In this document: positions 30,192 to 39,483 of the stretch, one piece after another
Layout: the number at the start of each line of letters is the position of its first letter
Position numbering within the stretch: position 1 is the first letter of the stretch
DNA from: an uncultured Acidimicrobiia bacterium
GTDB lineage: Bacteria > Actinomycetota > Acidimicrobiia > Spongiisociales > UBA5794
Assembly: GCA_963759175.1 (NCBI GenBank)
Contig: CAVWXP010000008.1
Location: 112,937-176,936 of the forward strand
Direction: 5' to 3'
Length of the DNA: 64,000 bases
Made by a program: the position numbers and the translations under genes
Notes under the pieces: generated by a model
The model's input: only the letters and a program-made list of their open reading frames with translations
Told to the model about the DNA's origin: nothing
Database searches by the model: none

Positions 30192-30473
30192 ATGCCCGGA
30201 TACTTCCAGAAGCCCGAGGACGAGATCATCGACGAGGGCGCTATCCAGAACGCCTTCGATTGGATCCAACTCAAGCACGCCGACGGGGGGCTGCGGTGCC
30301 CGGTGTGTCGAGGCACGGTGTGGGGCTACGCCGGACGCATCGGCGTGACGCGTGAAGCCGAGGTGTTCAACCCGAAGAAGCAGCGGAAGCTCGTCCAGAT
30401 CGCCTGCAAGAACTGCGAGTACGTAATGCTGTTCTCTGAGAGGATCCTCAAGGGACCACTGTCCGACGGCTGA
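30192..30473 (+). CDS. small zinc-ribbon protein (93 aa)
   Basis: CPVC…(31 aa)…CKNC four-Cys motif. Start taken at MPGYFQKPEDE within track ORF 30135..30473. Confidence 0.5.
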   Translation: MPGYFQKPEDEIIDEGAIQNAFDWIQLKHADGGLRCPVCRGTVWGYAGRIGVTREAEVFNPKKQRKLVQIACKNCEYVMLFSERILKGPLSDG

Positions 30474-30518
30474 CGCAGTCCGCCGAGAGGGTGAATGGTG
30501 GCCAGGCAGCCCGTGCCG

Positions 30519-31301
30519 TCAGAGTTCGACGACCTTCGATTTGAGAGCCCCGCTCGAGGTGATCCAGCACCGGACCTTCATCTGCTCGCCGGTCCCGGGC
30601 TTGAGGAACTTCAGGACCATCTTGTTGGGATTGTCCACCGTCACCGTGTAGGTCCAGGCCGATGTCGCAACGTCGTCGAGTTCGACCTCGCCGTCCACCA
30701 GCGCGAAGGTGGCCGAGAACTCGGCGAACACTCCGGCGGTCTCCGTAATGGTCTCGGTGTCACCATCGGCATCGCCATCGTCGTCGCCAGATTGATCATC
30801 GTCACCGGCGGCACCATCGTCGCCAGCACCGTTGTCGCCAGATTCGTCATCGTCACCGGCAGCATCATCGTCGCCAGATTCGTCGTCGTCACCGGCAGCA
30901 CCATCGTCGCCATCGCCGGCATCATCGGATCCATCGCCTGGCGCATCGTCATCATCTCCGGCGTCGCCGCCACCAGAACCCGAGTCGCCACCGCCGTCAC
31001 CACCGGATCCAGCACCACCGCCGGACGACCCCGTGGCCTCGGTAGGGAGGTCCGTGGTCTCTTCGTCAGCGTCCTCGTCGGTGTCCTCGTCGCCATCACC
31101 CTCGAGATCGGGGCTGATCACCTGAACATTGCCCGGATCGCTGAGGGCGGCTCCCGCTTCGTCGAACGTGTCCCCGGTCCCGCCCGATATCGCTGAGAGT
31201 CCTGCCGATGCAATGGCGGACACCAAGGCGGCGACGAGCACGTACTCGACCATCGAGACCCCACGCTCACTCGCCCGCAGGCGACGCATGAGCCGCACCA
31301 T
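30519..31301 (-). CDS. Flp-type prepilin-like protein with ~170-aa polyacidic Asp/Gly repeat region and C-terminal globular domain
   Basis: N-terminus MVRLMRRLRASERG-VSMVEYVLVAALVSAIASAGL is a class III (Flp) signal with E at +5. It is followed by long (G/A/S)DDD(E/Q)SGDD repeats, with repetitive DNA at 30780-30990. The C-terminus is …WTYTVTVDNPNKMVLKFLKPGTGEQMKVRCWITSSGALKSKVVEL. Confidence 0.6.
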   Translation of the reverse strand: MVRLMRRLRASERGVSMVEYVLVAALVSAIASAGLSAISGGTGDTFDEAGAALSDPGNVQVISPDLEGDGDEDTDEDADEETTDLPTEATGSSGGGAGSGGDGGGDSGSGGGDAGDDDDAPGDGSDDAGDGDDGAAGDDDESGDDDAAGDDDESGDNGAGDDGAAGDDDQSGDDDGDADGDTETITETAGVFAEFSATFALVDGEVELDDVATSAWTYTVTVDNPNKMVLKFLKPGTGEQMKVRCWITSSGALKSKVVEL

Positions 31302-31443
31302 TGCTGTCGTCCGTTCCGATTCCATACGACAAGAATCGGCACCTTCGCGTGGGGACTCGAGATCCATCCGGGGTACACAAGGACGGACTAGTCACCCTCG
31401 GGATACGGTTCACATACCGTCGAGGACTTGCGAGGATCGATAC

Positions 31444-32247
31444 ATGCATGTGTGGAGGGTCGTCCGCCCACCCCTCGCCGCAGGGACCGTCCTCGTCGGC
31501 CAGCTCGCGCATGCCATCCTCCGCGACGACCTCCCGACGTACGACAACCAGGATCCATCGGGCGTGTTCGGGCCACCCGACGCTCCACCACTCACCATCG
31601 CCTTCGTCGGCGACAGTTCCGTGACCGCCCCCGGTGTCGATCCCCTGGATGACTCCTGGGTACGCCAGGTCGCCTTCCACCTCGCCTCGCGCTACCGGGT
31701 CGACGTGAAGATCATGGCCGTGGGCGGATCCAAGGTACGCGACGTACTGGAGAACCAGCTCGGCGCAGCCCTCGCGACCAATCCCGACATCGTGTATGTC
31801 TCGGTGGGGTCCAACGATGCGCTCCGGGGCACGTCGGTGCGGGCATTCGAGCGTGACTACCGGGAGTTGGTCACGATCCTCCATGGTCGGGTCGCTGCCG
31901 TCGGTCTCTCAGGAATCGGCGACCTCGGAACGATTCCCCGGATCCCGGCGCTCGCCCAGGGCGTCGTGCGCCTCCGCTCCCGATCGATCGATCACGCCGT
32001 CGCACGGGTGGCGCGGGACTTCCCCCGCACCGTCAAGTCCAACGCATGGGACGTGATGGAGCGCAGATTTCGCGAGGAACCCGAGATGTTCGCCGGTGAC
32101 CTGTTCCATGCGTCGGCCCCAGGACACCTCGTGTTCGCCGAGGTGGCACGACCCGTCGCCGATCGCCTCGTCGAGATCTGGGAAGCACACCGTCGACAGG
32201 GTCCCGACAGCGACGCGGTCAGACCGTCTGATCCAGGAAGTGCTTGA
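31444..32247 (+). CDS. SGNH/GDSL-family hydrolase
   Basis: …IAFVGDSSVTAPG… (block I GDS), …YVSVGSNDAL… (block III), …GDLFHASAPGH (block V DxxH). Start at the internal ATG MHVWRV of track ORF 31129..32247. Confidence 0.75.
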   Translation: MHVWRVVRPPLAAGTVLVGQLAHAILRDDLPTYDNQDPSGVFGPPDAPPLTIAFVGDSSVTAPGVDPLDDSWVRQVAFHLASRYRVDVKIMAVGGSKVRDVLENQLGAALATNPDIVYVSVGSNDALRGTSVRAFERDYRELVTILHGRVAAVGLSGIGDLGTIPRIPALAQGVVRLRSRSIDHAVARVARDFPRTVKSNAWDVMERRFREEPEMFAGDLFHASAPGHLVFAEVARPVADRLVEIWEAHRRQGPDSDAVRPSDPGSA

Positions 32248-32899
32248 TCATCGATGACACGGTCCCGATCGCACCAGCGTTGATGCCCTCGGGGATGATG
32301 ATGTCGGCGTAGCGCTTCGATGGTTCCACGAACTGGTAGTGCATCGGTCGCACCGTCTTTTCGTACTGGCGCAACACCGACTCGACCGTTCGGCCGCGTT
32401 CGAGGATGTCTCGCTGGAGTCGGCGGATCAGCCGCACGTCGGGTTCGGTGTCGATGTAGACCCGCACATCGAACAGCTTTCGCAGATCCTTGTCCGCAAG
32501 CACGAGTATGCCCTCGACGATCACCGCCGGTTCGGGGACGATGGTGACGGTCTTCGTGGTGCGGGTGTGGCTCGAGAAGTCGTACACGGGCCGCTCTATC
32601 GGTTGACCGTTGCGGAGGGCATCGAGGTGCTCGATCAGCAACTCGTTCTCGATCGAGTCGGGATGGTCATAGTTGATCTTCGTGCGGTCCTCGAACGCGA
32701 GGTGCTGCTGGTCGCGGTAGTAGGCATCCTGCTGCAGGTACACCACCGAGTCGCGGCCCACGAGGTCGACCACGGACTGGGCGATCGTCGTCTTGCCCGA
32801 ACCGGATCCTCCGGCGATCGCGATGAACAGGGGTCGCCAGTCCCCCACGGTGGGACCGAACTGATGGGCCGCGAGGATGTCAGCTACGTCGATCGTCAT
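32219..32899 (-). CDS. udk: uridine kinase
   Basis: P-loop IAIAGGSGSGKTT; PRK/uridine kinase family. Confidence 0.8.
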   Translation of the reverse strand: MTIDVADILAAHQFGPTVGDWRPLFIAIAGGSGSGKTTIAQSVVDLVGRDSVVYLQQDAYYRDQQHLAFEDRTKINYDHPDSIENELLIEHLDALRNGQPIERPVYDFSSHTRTTKTVTIVPEPAVIVEGILVLADKDLRKLFDVRVYIDTEPDVRLIRRLQRDILERGRTVESVLRQYEKTVRPMHYQFVEPSKRYADIIIPEGINAGAIGTVSSMIKHFLDQTV

Positions 32900-32991
32900 C
32901 GGACCGGACGGTACCAAGGCCGATGGGGGATCACCACGTGATCGCGATGTCGGTCTCTACCCGGGTATCCGCCGCCCACGGCGGCGGAGGC

Positions 32992-33771
32992 TCACTTCGC
33001 CGTGCGGAGTGTCACGTCCCCGGAGAACGAGTTCACGGTGAGGTTCATGGACCCGACCCGCGGTCCCGGCGTCGGCTCGATGCGGTTCCGGAAGTCGCCA
33101 GAAAGCGTCTTGACCGCAGCCTTCACCACCATGCCCGATACGAGACCGATCCCGACGTCGCCGGACATCGTCTTGATCTCCAGGTCGCTGCCCGCAAAAC
33201 GACGCACCCGGATGTCCCCTGTCGCGGATTTGATGCGAGCAGCCTCGGACACATCCCCGAGGTACACATCACCAGCGGCGGTCGACACCGTGATCTCTGA
33301 CACGGCATCGACACGGACGTCTCCTGCGGCCGACGACACCTTTGCCAGGCCACTCAGGCTCCCGAGTCGCACGTCGCCCGCACCGACTCGGACCTCGGTC
33401 GTGCCCGACACATCGTCGACGCGTATATCGCCGCTTCCGAGCTGCACCTCGATGTCCCGCACCGCAACGCCCATCACGGCGACGTCACCCGCGCCGAGAT
33501 CGATCGTGAGGTCGAGGTTCCTCGGCATCGTGACGACGGTGTCGATCGAACCTCCGCGCAACCAACGGCGGCGCTTCGCTGCTGTGGCACGAACGGCGAT
33601 GGCTTCGGCCGATGCGTCGACGTCGAGTGCGTCGAGCGCGTCAGCGCTGCCGGACATCGCGATCACGACCGTTCCCTCGGGCCCTTCCTTGCACCGGATG
33701 TCACCTGCAGGGATCGCCAATGCGACGAGTCCTCCGGACACGATCTCATGGGTCTCGATGCGTTCGGTCAT
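32992..33771 (-). CDS. DUF4097-family beta-strand repeat protein (putative adhesin / LiaG-like)
   Basis: Repeated GDV/GDI-R-V/L beta-strand units (…GAGDVRLGSLSGLAKVSSAAGDVRVDAV…). Confidence 0.7.
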   Translation of the reverse strand: MTERIETHEIVSGGLVALAIPAGDIRCKEGPEGTVVIAMSGSADALDALDVDASAEAIAVRATAAKRRRWLRGGSIDTVVTMPRNLDLTIDLGAGDVAVMGVAVRDIEVQLGSGDIRVDDVSGTTEVRVGAGDVRLGSLSGLAKVSSAAGDVRVDAVSEITVSTAAGDVYLGDVSEAARIKSATGDIRVRRFAGSDLEIKTMSGDVGIGLVSGMVVKAAVKTLSGDFRNRIEPTPGPRVGSMNLTVNSFSGDVTLRTAK

Positions 33772-34244
33772 GTCTCGATCGTCCCTGTGAACGTCGAGCG
33801 CGAGGATCGCTTCCCCGCCCGCGTCGTGGACGTCAGCGCTCGCACCACGAAGGTGTTGACCGAGTCCCCCAAACCCTGGGCGGCCTCCTCGAGGTCCTCC
33901 TTGAGGTCCTCCGGCAGGCGAACCGTCATCCGGGCATCCAACTCCTCGGACGCGACGGTGACGACATCGTCGATGGTGTGCACGACGAGCGTCGGTTGGC
34001 CGTGGGCGAGCACCACATCGATACGACGGTCATCGAGTTGCGCCCCGACCTCCGACGCGGCCTGTTCGGCGAGCGCCATCCCTGCCTGGCGCAGGGCCGG
34101 TTCGATGACCTGCAACATCGCCTCACCTGCGGCCTCGACCGACGGGTCGTCCCCCGCCATGCGTAGCTGGCCATAGATGATGGCGTTGATCTGTCCTACC
34201 ACTCCGTCGATGTCCATCGGTTCCCTGCCTTTGGTTGCCCGCAT
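33768..34244 (-). CDS. hypothetical protein with C-terminal ribbon-helix-helix (CopG/Arc-like) DNA-binding motif
   Basis: …ARMTVRLPEDLKEDLEEAAQGLGDSVNTFVVRAL… Stop overlaps the DUF4097 start. Start at the internal Met MRATKG; the track ORF runs to 34379. Confidence 0.55.
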   Translation of the reverse strand: MRATKGREPMDIDGVVGQINAIIYGQLRMAGDDPSVEAAGEAMLQVIEPALRQAGMALAEQAASEVGAQLDDRRIDVVLAHGQPTLVVHTIDDVVTVASEELDARMTVRLPEDLKEDLEEAAQGLGDSVNTFVVRALTSTTRAGKRSSRSTFTGTIET

Positions 34245-34412
34245 GATGTCTCGATGATGTCTCAGTGTGCTTGATCGTCCACGGTGCGCACCAGATGCAT
34301 CCCCCTCTTCGGGATGGTCGACCGGTGTTCGAGCCGTGATGCCCGTATCGCTTCGACGCTGTCCGGGTTGTTGTACCACAACATGAGGCTTCCTTCCGCC
34401 ATTGCTGTCTTG

Positions 34413-34452
34413 GTGATGTCATCATGATGTCACATTGACGATGGCATGTCAA
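34413..34452. promoter_or_regulatory. operator-like repeat cluster in divergent promoter: TGATGTCA x2 direct + TTGAC-N8-GTCAA inverted
   Basis: tgatgtcatcatgatgtcacattgacgatggcatgtcaag, read directly. Lies between the RHH-protein gene and the TPP riboswitch. Confidence 0.35.
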
Positions 34453-34504
34453 GCCCGTAGCGACGAATGATCCGGTACCCTTGCGATCAACCCACCAACC
34501 ACAC

Positions 34505-34592
34505 CGGGGAGCTCGCACGTCGGGCTGAGAGGGTGCACCCGCACCGACCCGTTGAACCTGAGACTGGATAATGCCAGCGGAGGAAGCCGTGG
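34505..34592 (+). ncRNA. TPP (THI-box) riboswitch
   Basis: …GGGCUGAGAGGGUGCACCCGCACCGACCCGUUGAACCUGAGACUGGAUAAUGCCAGCGGAGGAAGCC… contains the THI-element hallmarks CUGAGA and ACCC…GAACCUGA…UAAUGCCAGCGGAGGA. It sits directly upstream of the thiamine salvage operon. Boundaries approximate. Confidence 0.8.
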
Positions 34593-35224
34593 AACCCACC
34601 ATCGTGACGGTCATCGCAGGCGGCGAAGTCCTCCTTCCGCCGAACCCCGACCCCCGTGCCTTCGTGATCGCCGCGGACTCCGGGTACGACAACGCCCTGG
34701 CCCATGGCATCGAAGCAGACCTCCTCGTCGGTGACATGGACTCCGTGTCACCCGAGGGCCTCGTGCATGCCGAGGCACGCGGCATCCCCGTCGTTCGCCA
34801 CAGCATCGACAAGGACGAAACCGATCTCGAGCTCGCGCTCGCCGCGGCCATCGACCGCGGCGCCACCCGGATCGACATCCACGGTGGCGAAGGTGGCACG
34901 ATCGCCCATCTCCTGGGCGTGGCCATGGGCCTCACGTCGCTGCGGTGGGCCGACACCGAGGTGACGTGGCACACAGCCACCGGGCGCGTGCGCGTCGCTC
35001 GCCCCGGCCATCCCGTCACCGTGAGCGGCGCCGAGGGACGAGCACTCAGCGTCATCCCGGTCGATGATCTACGTGGCGTGGAGGTCACCGGCACACGGTG
35101 GCAACTCGAGAACGAGGACCTCGCCGCCGGAAGCACACGGGGAGTCAGCAACGAGATCACCCACGACACCGCCATCGTCTCCATCCGTGACGGTGTCGGT
35201 CTCGTCATCATCGAAGGAACATGA
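34571..35224 (+). CDS. thiamine pyrophosphokinase (TPK)
   Basis: …AFVIAADSGYDNALAHGIEADLLVGDMDS… is a TPK catalytic motif. The track ATG at 34571 lies inside the riboswitch (UAAUGCC); a more likely start is GTG at 34589 (GGAGGA upstream) or 34604. Confidence 0.75.
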   Translation: MPAEEAVEPTIVTVIAGGEVLLPPNPDPRAFVIAADSGYDNALAHGIEADLLVGDMDSVSPEGLVHAEARGIPVVRHSIDKDETDLELALAAAIDRGATRIDIHGGEGGTIAHLLGVAMGLTSLRWADTEVTWHTATGRVRVARPGHPVTVSGAEGRALSVIPVDDLRGVEVTGTRWQLENEDLAAGSTRGVSNEITHDTAIVSIRDGVGLVIIEGT

Positions 35225-36279
35225 CCATGCGCAAGAACATCGCACATACGGCAACACGCACGAGGGCGTGGATCACGCTCGCACTCGCCGTGATGCTCTT
35301 GGCCACCGCCTGTACCGACGACTCGGGTGATTCCGAGATCGTCCTGCTCACCCATGACTCATTCGCGCTGAGTGAGGGGCTCCTCGAGGCGTTCACGAAC
35401 GAGACGGGCATCACGGTGACCCTCCAGACCGCCGGGGATGCGGGGTCGGTGGTCAATCAGGCGATCCTGACGAAGGACAACCCGATCGCAGACGTCCTCT
35501 ACGGCATCGACACGACGTTCTTGTCACGCGCCATCGACGAGGGCATCTTCGTCCCCTACCGATCCCCCGCGGTCGATGCCGTGGCCGAAGGCCTCCTTCC
35601 CGCGTCGGATGCGGTGACCCCCATCAACTACGGCGACGTCTGCATCAACTACGACATTCCTGCGCTCGCATCGCTCGGCCTCGAACCCCCACAGGACCTC
35701 ACCGACCTGGCGGCGCCGGAGTACCGAGGACTGCTCGTGGTTCAGGATCCCGCAACCTCCTCCCCAGGGCTCGCGTTCCTGTTGCTGACCATCGAGGCGT
35801 TCGGCGACCCCGGATGGCAGGCGTACTGGGAGAGCCTCTTCGCCAACGATGTGGAGGTCGCCTCCGACTGGACCCAGGCCTACAACACCGAGTTCACCCG
35901 TTCCGGCGGAACACGACCGCTGGTCGTGTCGTACGCCTCGTCGCCTCCGGCGGAAGTCCTCTTCGGCGAGCTCGACGAGGCACCGACCGGTGTCATGGAG
36001 ACGACGTGTTACCGACAGGTGGAGTACGCAGGCATCCTGGACGGAACCCGTTCCGTGGCCTCGAGCCGGAAGCTCATCGACTATCTACTGTCGATCCCCG
36101 TTCAGGAGGACGTGCCACTCTCGATGTTCGTGTATCCGGCGAACACGGAGGCCACGCTCCCCGACGTGTTCGTGCAACACACGACCTTCCCGGCGAACCC
36201 GGTCACCATGGAACCAGACCGCATCCAACAGAACAGGGAACGATGGATCGAGGAATGGACCGCGATCGCACGGTCGTGA
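35221..36279 (+). CDS. thiamine ABC transporter substrate-binding lipoprotein (ThiB/TbpA-like)
   Basis: Lipobox LLATAC. Periplasmic-binding-protein fold in a thiamine operon behind a TPP riboswitch. ATGA overlap with TPK. Confidence 0.8.
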   Translation: MTMRKNIAHTATRTRAWITLALAVMLLATACTDDSGDSEIVLLTHDSFALSEGLLEAFTNETGITVTLQTAGDAGSVVNQAILTKDNPIADVLYGIDTTFLSRAIDEGIFVPYRSPAVDAVAEGLLPASDAVTPINYGDVCINYDIPALASLGLEPPQDLTDLAAPEYRGLLVVQDPATSSPGLAFLLLTIEAFGDPGWQAYWESLFANDVEVASDWTQAYNTEFTRSGGTRPLVVSYASSPPAEVLFGELDEAPTGVMETTCYRQVEYAGILDGTRSVASSRKLIDYLLSIPVQEDVPLSMFVYPANTEATLPDVFVQHTTFPANPVTMEPDRIQQNRERWIEEWTAIARS

Positions 36280-37910
36280 GGCGTCCCACGACGCGCACGG
36301 TCGGTGGGTTTGCGCTGCTCGCCGTCCCCATCCTGTTCCTCGGCTACTTCTTCGTCTACCCACTGCTCACGATCAGCCGCCGAGGATTGACCGTCGACGG
36401 CTCCTTCGACCTGTCGGTCTTTGCCGATGTGCTCACCGATCCGTCGCTCCAGGGCGTCGCCGCATTCACGCTGTGGCAGGCGATTGCATCGACGATCCTC
36501 ACCGTGGCCTTCGGCCTGCCGGCCGCATGGGTGTTCGCACGATTCACGTTCCGAGGGAAGCGAATCCTCGGTGCCCTCACGCTCGTGCCATTCGTCCTGC
36601 CGACCCTCGTCGTCGCAACCGCATTCCTGAACCTGGTCGGCCCCCGGGGTGTCACCGGAGTCGACCTCACCGGGACCCTGGCCATCATCCTGATGGCCCA
36701 TGTCTTCTACAACTTCTCGGTGGTCGTCCGCGGCGTCGGTTCGTACTGGTCTCGCATCGATCCGCGCCTCGAGGACGCCGCACGCACACTGGGTGCCTCG
36801 TCGTGGTCGGCGTTCCGTACGATCACGCTCCCCCTCCTCCGACCGGCCATCGCCGCCACCAGTGCGCTCGTGTTCCTGTTCTCGTTCACTTCGTTCGGCG
36901 TCGTGCTCGTCCTCGGAGACCTCACCCGCACCACGATCGAGGTGGAGATCTGGCGGCAGGCAACAGCGTTCCTGCGCCTCGACGTGGCATCCACGCTGGC
37001 GATCCTCCAGATCGTGGGTATAGGGGCGGTGCTCGTCATCTATGCCGCCATCGAACGTCGAACCAAGACCTCGTTCACCCAGGAGATGAGCGGGGGTCGC
37101 CCACCGCGCACCCGCGGTGAACGCATCGCTGTCGGGTCGATCCTCACGGTCACCCTCGCATTCCTCGGTGTCCCCCTCGGCATGCTCGTGGCACGGTCGT
37201 TGCAGACTCCCGGCGGTGGATTCGGGTGGGCCAACTACACGAACCTCGTGGACCTCCCCGCAAGCAGCGCGGGCTTCGTCTCGCCGACCGAGGCGATCAT
37301 CAACTCCCTCGTCTTTGCCATTGCCGCGACGCTGATCGCCATGGGCATCGGTGTCCTCGCCGCCAGCGCGATGACGTTCACCAGGCCGACGGTCGGACGG
37401 ACACTCGACCTGTTCGTGATGCTTCCCCTCGGGACGTCTGCGGTCACCATCGGATTCGGGTTCCTCCTGGCACTGGGTCAGCCGATCGACATTCGGGGCT
37501 CGGCGCTCCTCATTCCCATCGCGCACGCCCTCGTGGGCATACCGTTCGTGGTGCGAACGGTCAATCCCGCACTCGGCAGCATCGGTGCCAGCATCCGCGA
37601 GGCAGCAGCGACGCTCGGCGCGGGGCCGTTCCGGACGTTCTGGTCCGTGGACCTGCGCATCGTGAGATCAGCGCTCCTCGTCGGGGCAGCGTTCGCGTTT
37701 GCGATCTCGATGGGCGAGTTCGGCGCCACATCGTTCATCGCGCGACCATCGACCCCGACGATTCCCGTTGCGATCTTCCGCTACCTGGGACGTCCGGGCG
37801 ACGCGCCATTCGGCGCTGCTCTCGCGATGAGCGTGATACTGATGGTGGTGACGGCGGGAGCCATCGTCGCCATCGAGGCGTTCGGATCCGCTCGACGGCG
37901 GCGATCATGA
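36276..37910 (+). CDS. thiP: thiamine/iron(III)-type ABC transporter permease (ThiP-like, duplicated 6-TM domains)
   Basis: Two binding-protein-dependent permease modules. GTGA overlap with thiB (alternative ATG starts at 36243/36255). The track ORF begins far upstream in antisense junk. Confidence 0.8.
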   Translation: MRRPTTRTVGGFALLAVPILFLGYFFVYPLLTISRRGLTVDGSFDLSVFADVLTDPSLQGVAAFTLWQAIASTILTVAFGLPAAWVFARFTFRGKRILGALTLVPFVLPTLVVATAFLNLVGPRGVTGVDLTGTLAIILMAHVFYNFSVVVRGVGSYWSRIDPRLEDAARTLGASSWSAFRTITLPLLRPAIAATSALVFLFSFTSFGVVLVLGDLTRTTIEVEIWRQATAFLRLDVASTLAILQIVGIGAVLVIYAAIERRTKTSFTQEMSGGRPPRTRGERIAVGSILTVTLAFLGVPLGMLVARSLQTPGGGFGWANYTNLVDLPASSAGFVSPTEAIINSLVFAIAATLIAMGIGVLAASAMTFTRPTVGRTLDLFVMLPLGTSAVTIGFGFLLALGQPIDIRGSALLIPIAHALVGIPFVVRTVNPALGSIGASIREAAATLGAGPFRTFWSVDLRIVRSALLVGAAFAFAISMGEFGATSFIARPSTPTIPVAIFRYLGRPGDAPFGAALAMSVILMVVTAGAIVAIEAFGSARRRRS

Positions 37911-38875
37911 CGATCACGGTGCGCGCCATCTCGATGACGTTCGGATCCGAGCAGGTCCTCGACGCGGTGGGTCTCGAGGTCGCCGCTGGCGAGCGTTTCG
38001 CCATCATGGGTCCCTCGGGGGCTGGCAAGTCCACGCTGCTGCGGATCATTGCCGGCCTCGAACCGTCGGCGACGGGCACCGTCGAGGTCGATGGACGCGA
38101 CGTCACCGGCCTCCCACCCCACGAGCGCAGCGTGGGGCTCATGTTCCAGGACCTCGCCCTGTTCCCCCACCTCACGGTCGCCGAGAACGTTGGCTTCGGA
38201 CTGCGCATGGCAGGTCAGCCGCCTGCGAGGCGCAACGCGCGAGTCGAGGAGCTACTCGATGTCGTCGATCTCCCGGATCATGCGGATCGGCCGATCACCG
38301 CACTCTCTGGTGGCGAACGCCAGCGCGTCGCATTGGCGCGCACGCTCGCTCCCGAACCGTCGGTGATCCTGTTCGACGAACCGCTCGGCTCACTCGACCA
38401 GGCGCTCAAGGACGACCTGTTGACGCAGATGAGGAGCATCGTCGAGGGTCTCGGGACGACGGCACTGTACGTGACGCACGAGCGCACGGAAGCCGAGGGT
38501 TTCGCCGATCGTATGGCCGTGATGCGCGATGGCCGCATTCTGCGGTCGGACACGCCCGAGGCCATGTGGTCGGATCCCCGAACGAAGTTCATCGCGCAGT
38601 TCATGGGGCACGCGAACATCGTCCCCGGCGCCATGGTGGGGCACACGGCGAAGATGGTCGCTGTCCGTGCGGACGCCGTGACGATGGACACGGCGGGCGA
38701 TCTGACGGGCACCGTGACGTCGTGCCTCTTCCGCGACGGCCGCTATCGCACGGCCGTGGGCATCGAAGCGGACGTTGTCATGCACCTGGTAACCGACACA
38801 GCCGTGGATCGTGGTGAGGCCATCGGCTTGTCAATCGACGCCGCGGGCATCATGGCGTTGGAGGACGAAGCCTGA
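37907..38875 (+). CDS. thiQ: thiamine ABC transporter ATP-binding protein (ThiQ-like)
   Basis: GPSGAGKST, LSGGERQRVALARTL, ILFDEPLGSLD, plus a C-terminal TOBE-like domain. ATGA overlap with thiP. Confidence 0.85.
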   Translation: MTITVRAISMTFGSEQVLDAVGLEVAAGERFAIMGPSGAGKSTLLRIIAGLEPSATGTVEVDGRDVTGLPPHERSVGLMFQDLALFPHLTVAENVGFGLRMAGQPPARRNARVEELLDVVDLPDHADRPITALSGGERQRVALARTLAPEPSVILFDEPLGSLDQALKDDLLTQMRSIVEGLGTTALYVTHERTEAEGFADRMAVMRDGRILRSDTPEAMWSDPRTKFIAQFMGHANIVPGAMVGHTAKMVAVRADAVTMDTAGDLTGTVTSCLFRDGRYRTAVGIEADVVMHLVTDTAVDRGEAIGLSIDAAGIMALEDEA

Positions 38876-38919
38876 CAGCGCCCGTTGCGTGCCCCAGGCC
38901 GGGCTCCACTCGAGCCGGA

Positions 38920-39483
38920 TCAGTCGACGAGATCGGACGTTCGCACGACGCGACCGAAGTCTGCGTCGATCGACAAGGAGGTGTACCGCGCGATCTCGCG
39001 TGCGCGATAGACCTTCTTCGTCGGGGTCGTGAGGTCGAAGGTGTGCATCGCATCCTCGACGAACAACAAGTCGTAGCCGAGGTCCGACGCCATGCGGGCC
39101 GTGGTCTCACAGCACATGTTGGTCTGGATCCCGCAGATCGCAACGCCGGTGATACCGTGCTCCTTGAGCCAAGCATCGAGATCGGGATCGCCGTAAAAGG
39201 CCGAGTGCACACTCTTGGTGACGAGCAGGTCGGGATCGCCCGTGATGACATCCTTGAACTCGTTCCCCTTGCCGCCGGGCGCCAGGGGCGAGGACGGCTT
39301 GGTGGAATTGTGCTTCACGAAGACGACGGGCCATTGCTGGTCACGCCACGCCTTGATCAGGTTGAAGACGTTCATCTCGCAATCGGGGTTGTTACGAGGC
39401 CCCCAGAATGCGCCGTCGTCGAAGCCCTTCTGGACATCGATGACGATCAAGGCAGTACTGCCGTTCCAGTCAGCCACAGTCAC
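38920..39483 (-). CDS. isochorismatase-family cysteine hydrolase
   Basis: …ALIVIDVQKGF…VAICGIQTNMCCETTARMA… catalytic Cys context. Confidence 0.75.
   Translation of the reverse strand: MTVADWNGSTALIVIDVQKGFDDGAFWGPRNNPDCEMNVFNLIKAWRDQQWPVVFVKHNSTKPSSPLAPGGKGNEFKDVITGDPDLLVTKSVHSAFYGDPDLDAWLKEHGITGVAICGIQTNMCCETTARMASDLGYDLLFVEDAMHTFDLTTPTKKVYRAREIARYTSLSIDADFGRVVRTSDLVD

Noticed and set aside
34123-35355. 410-aa ORF on - strand
   Set aside because: Antisense to the RHH-protein/riboswitch/TPK region. Junk-like composition. The real genes there are on the + strand and supported by motifs.
36102-37526. 474-aa ORF on - strand
   Set aside because: Antisense to thiP. Asp/Arg/Glu/His-rich low complexity.
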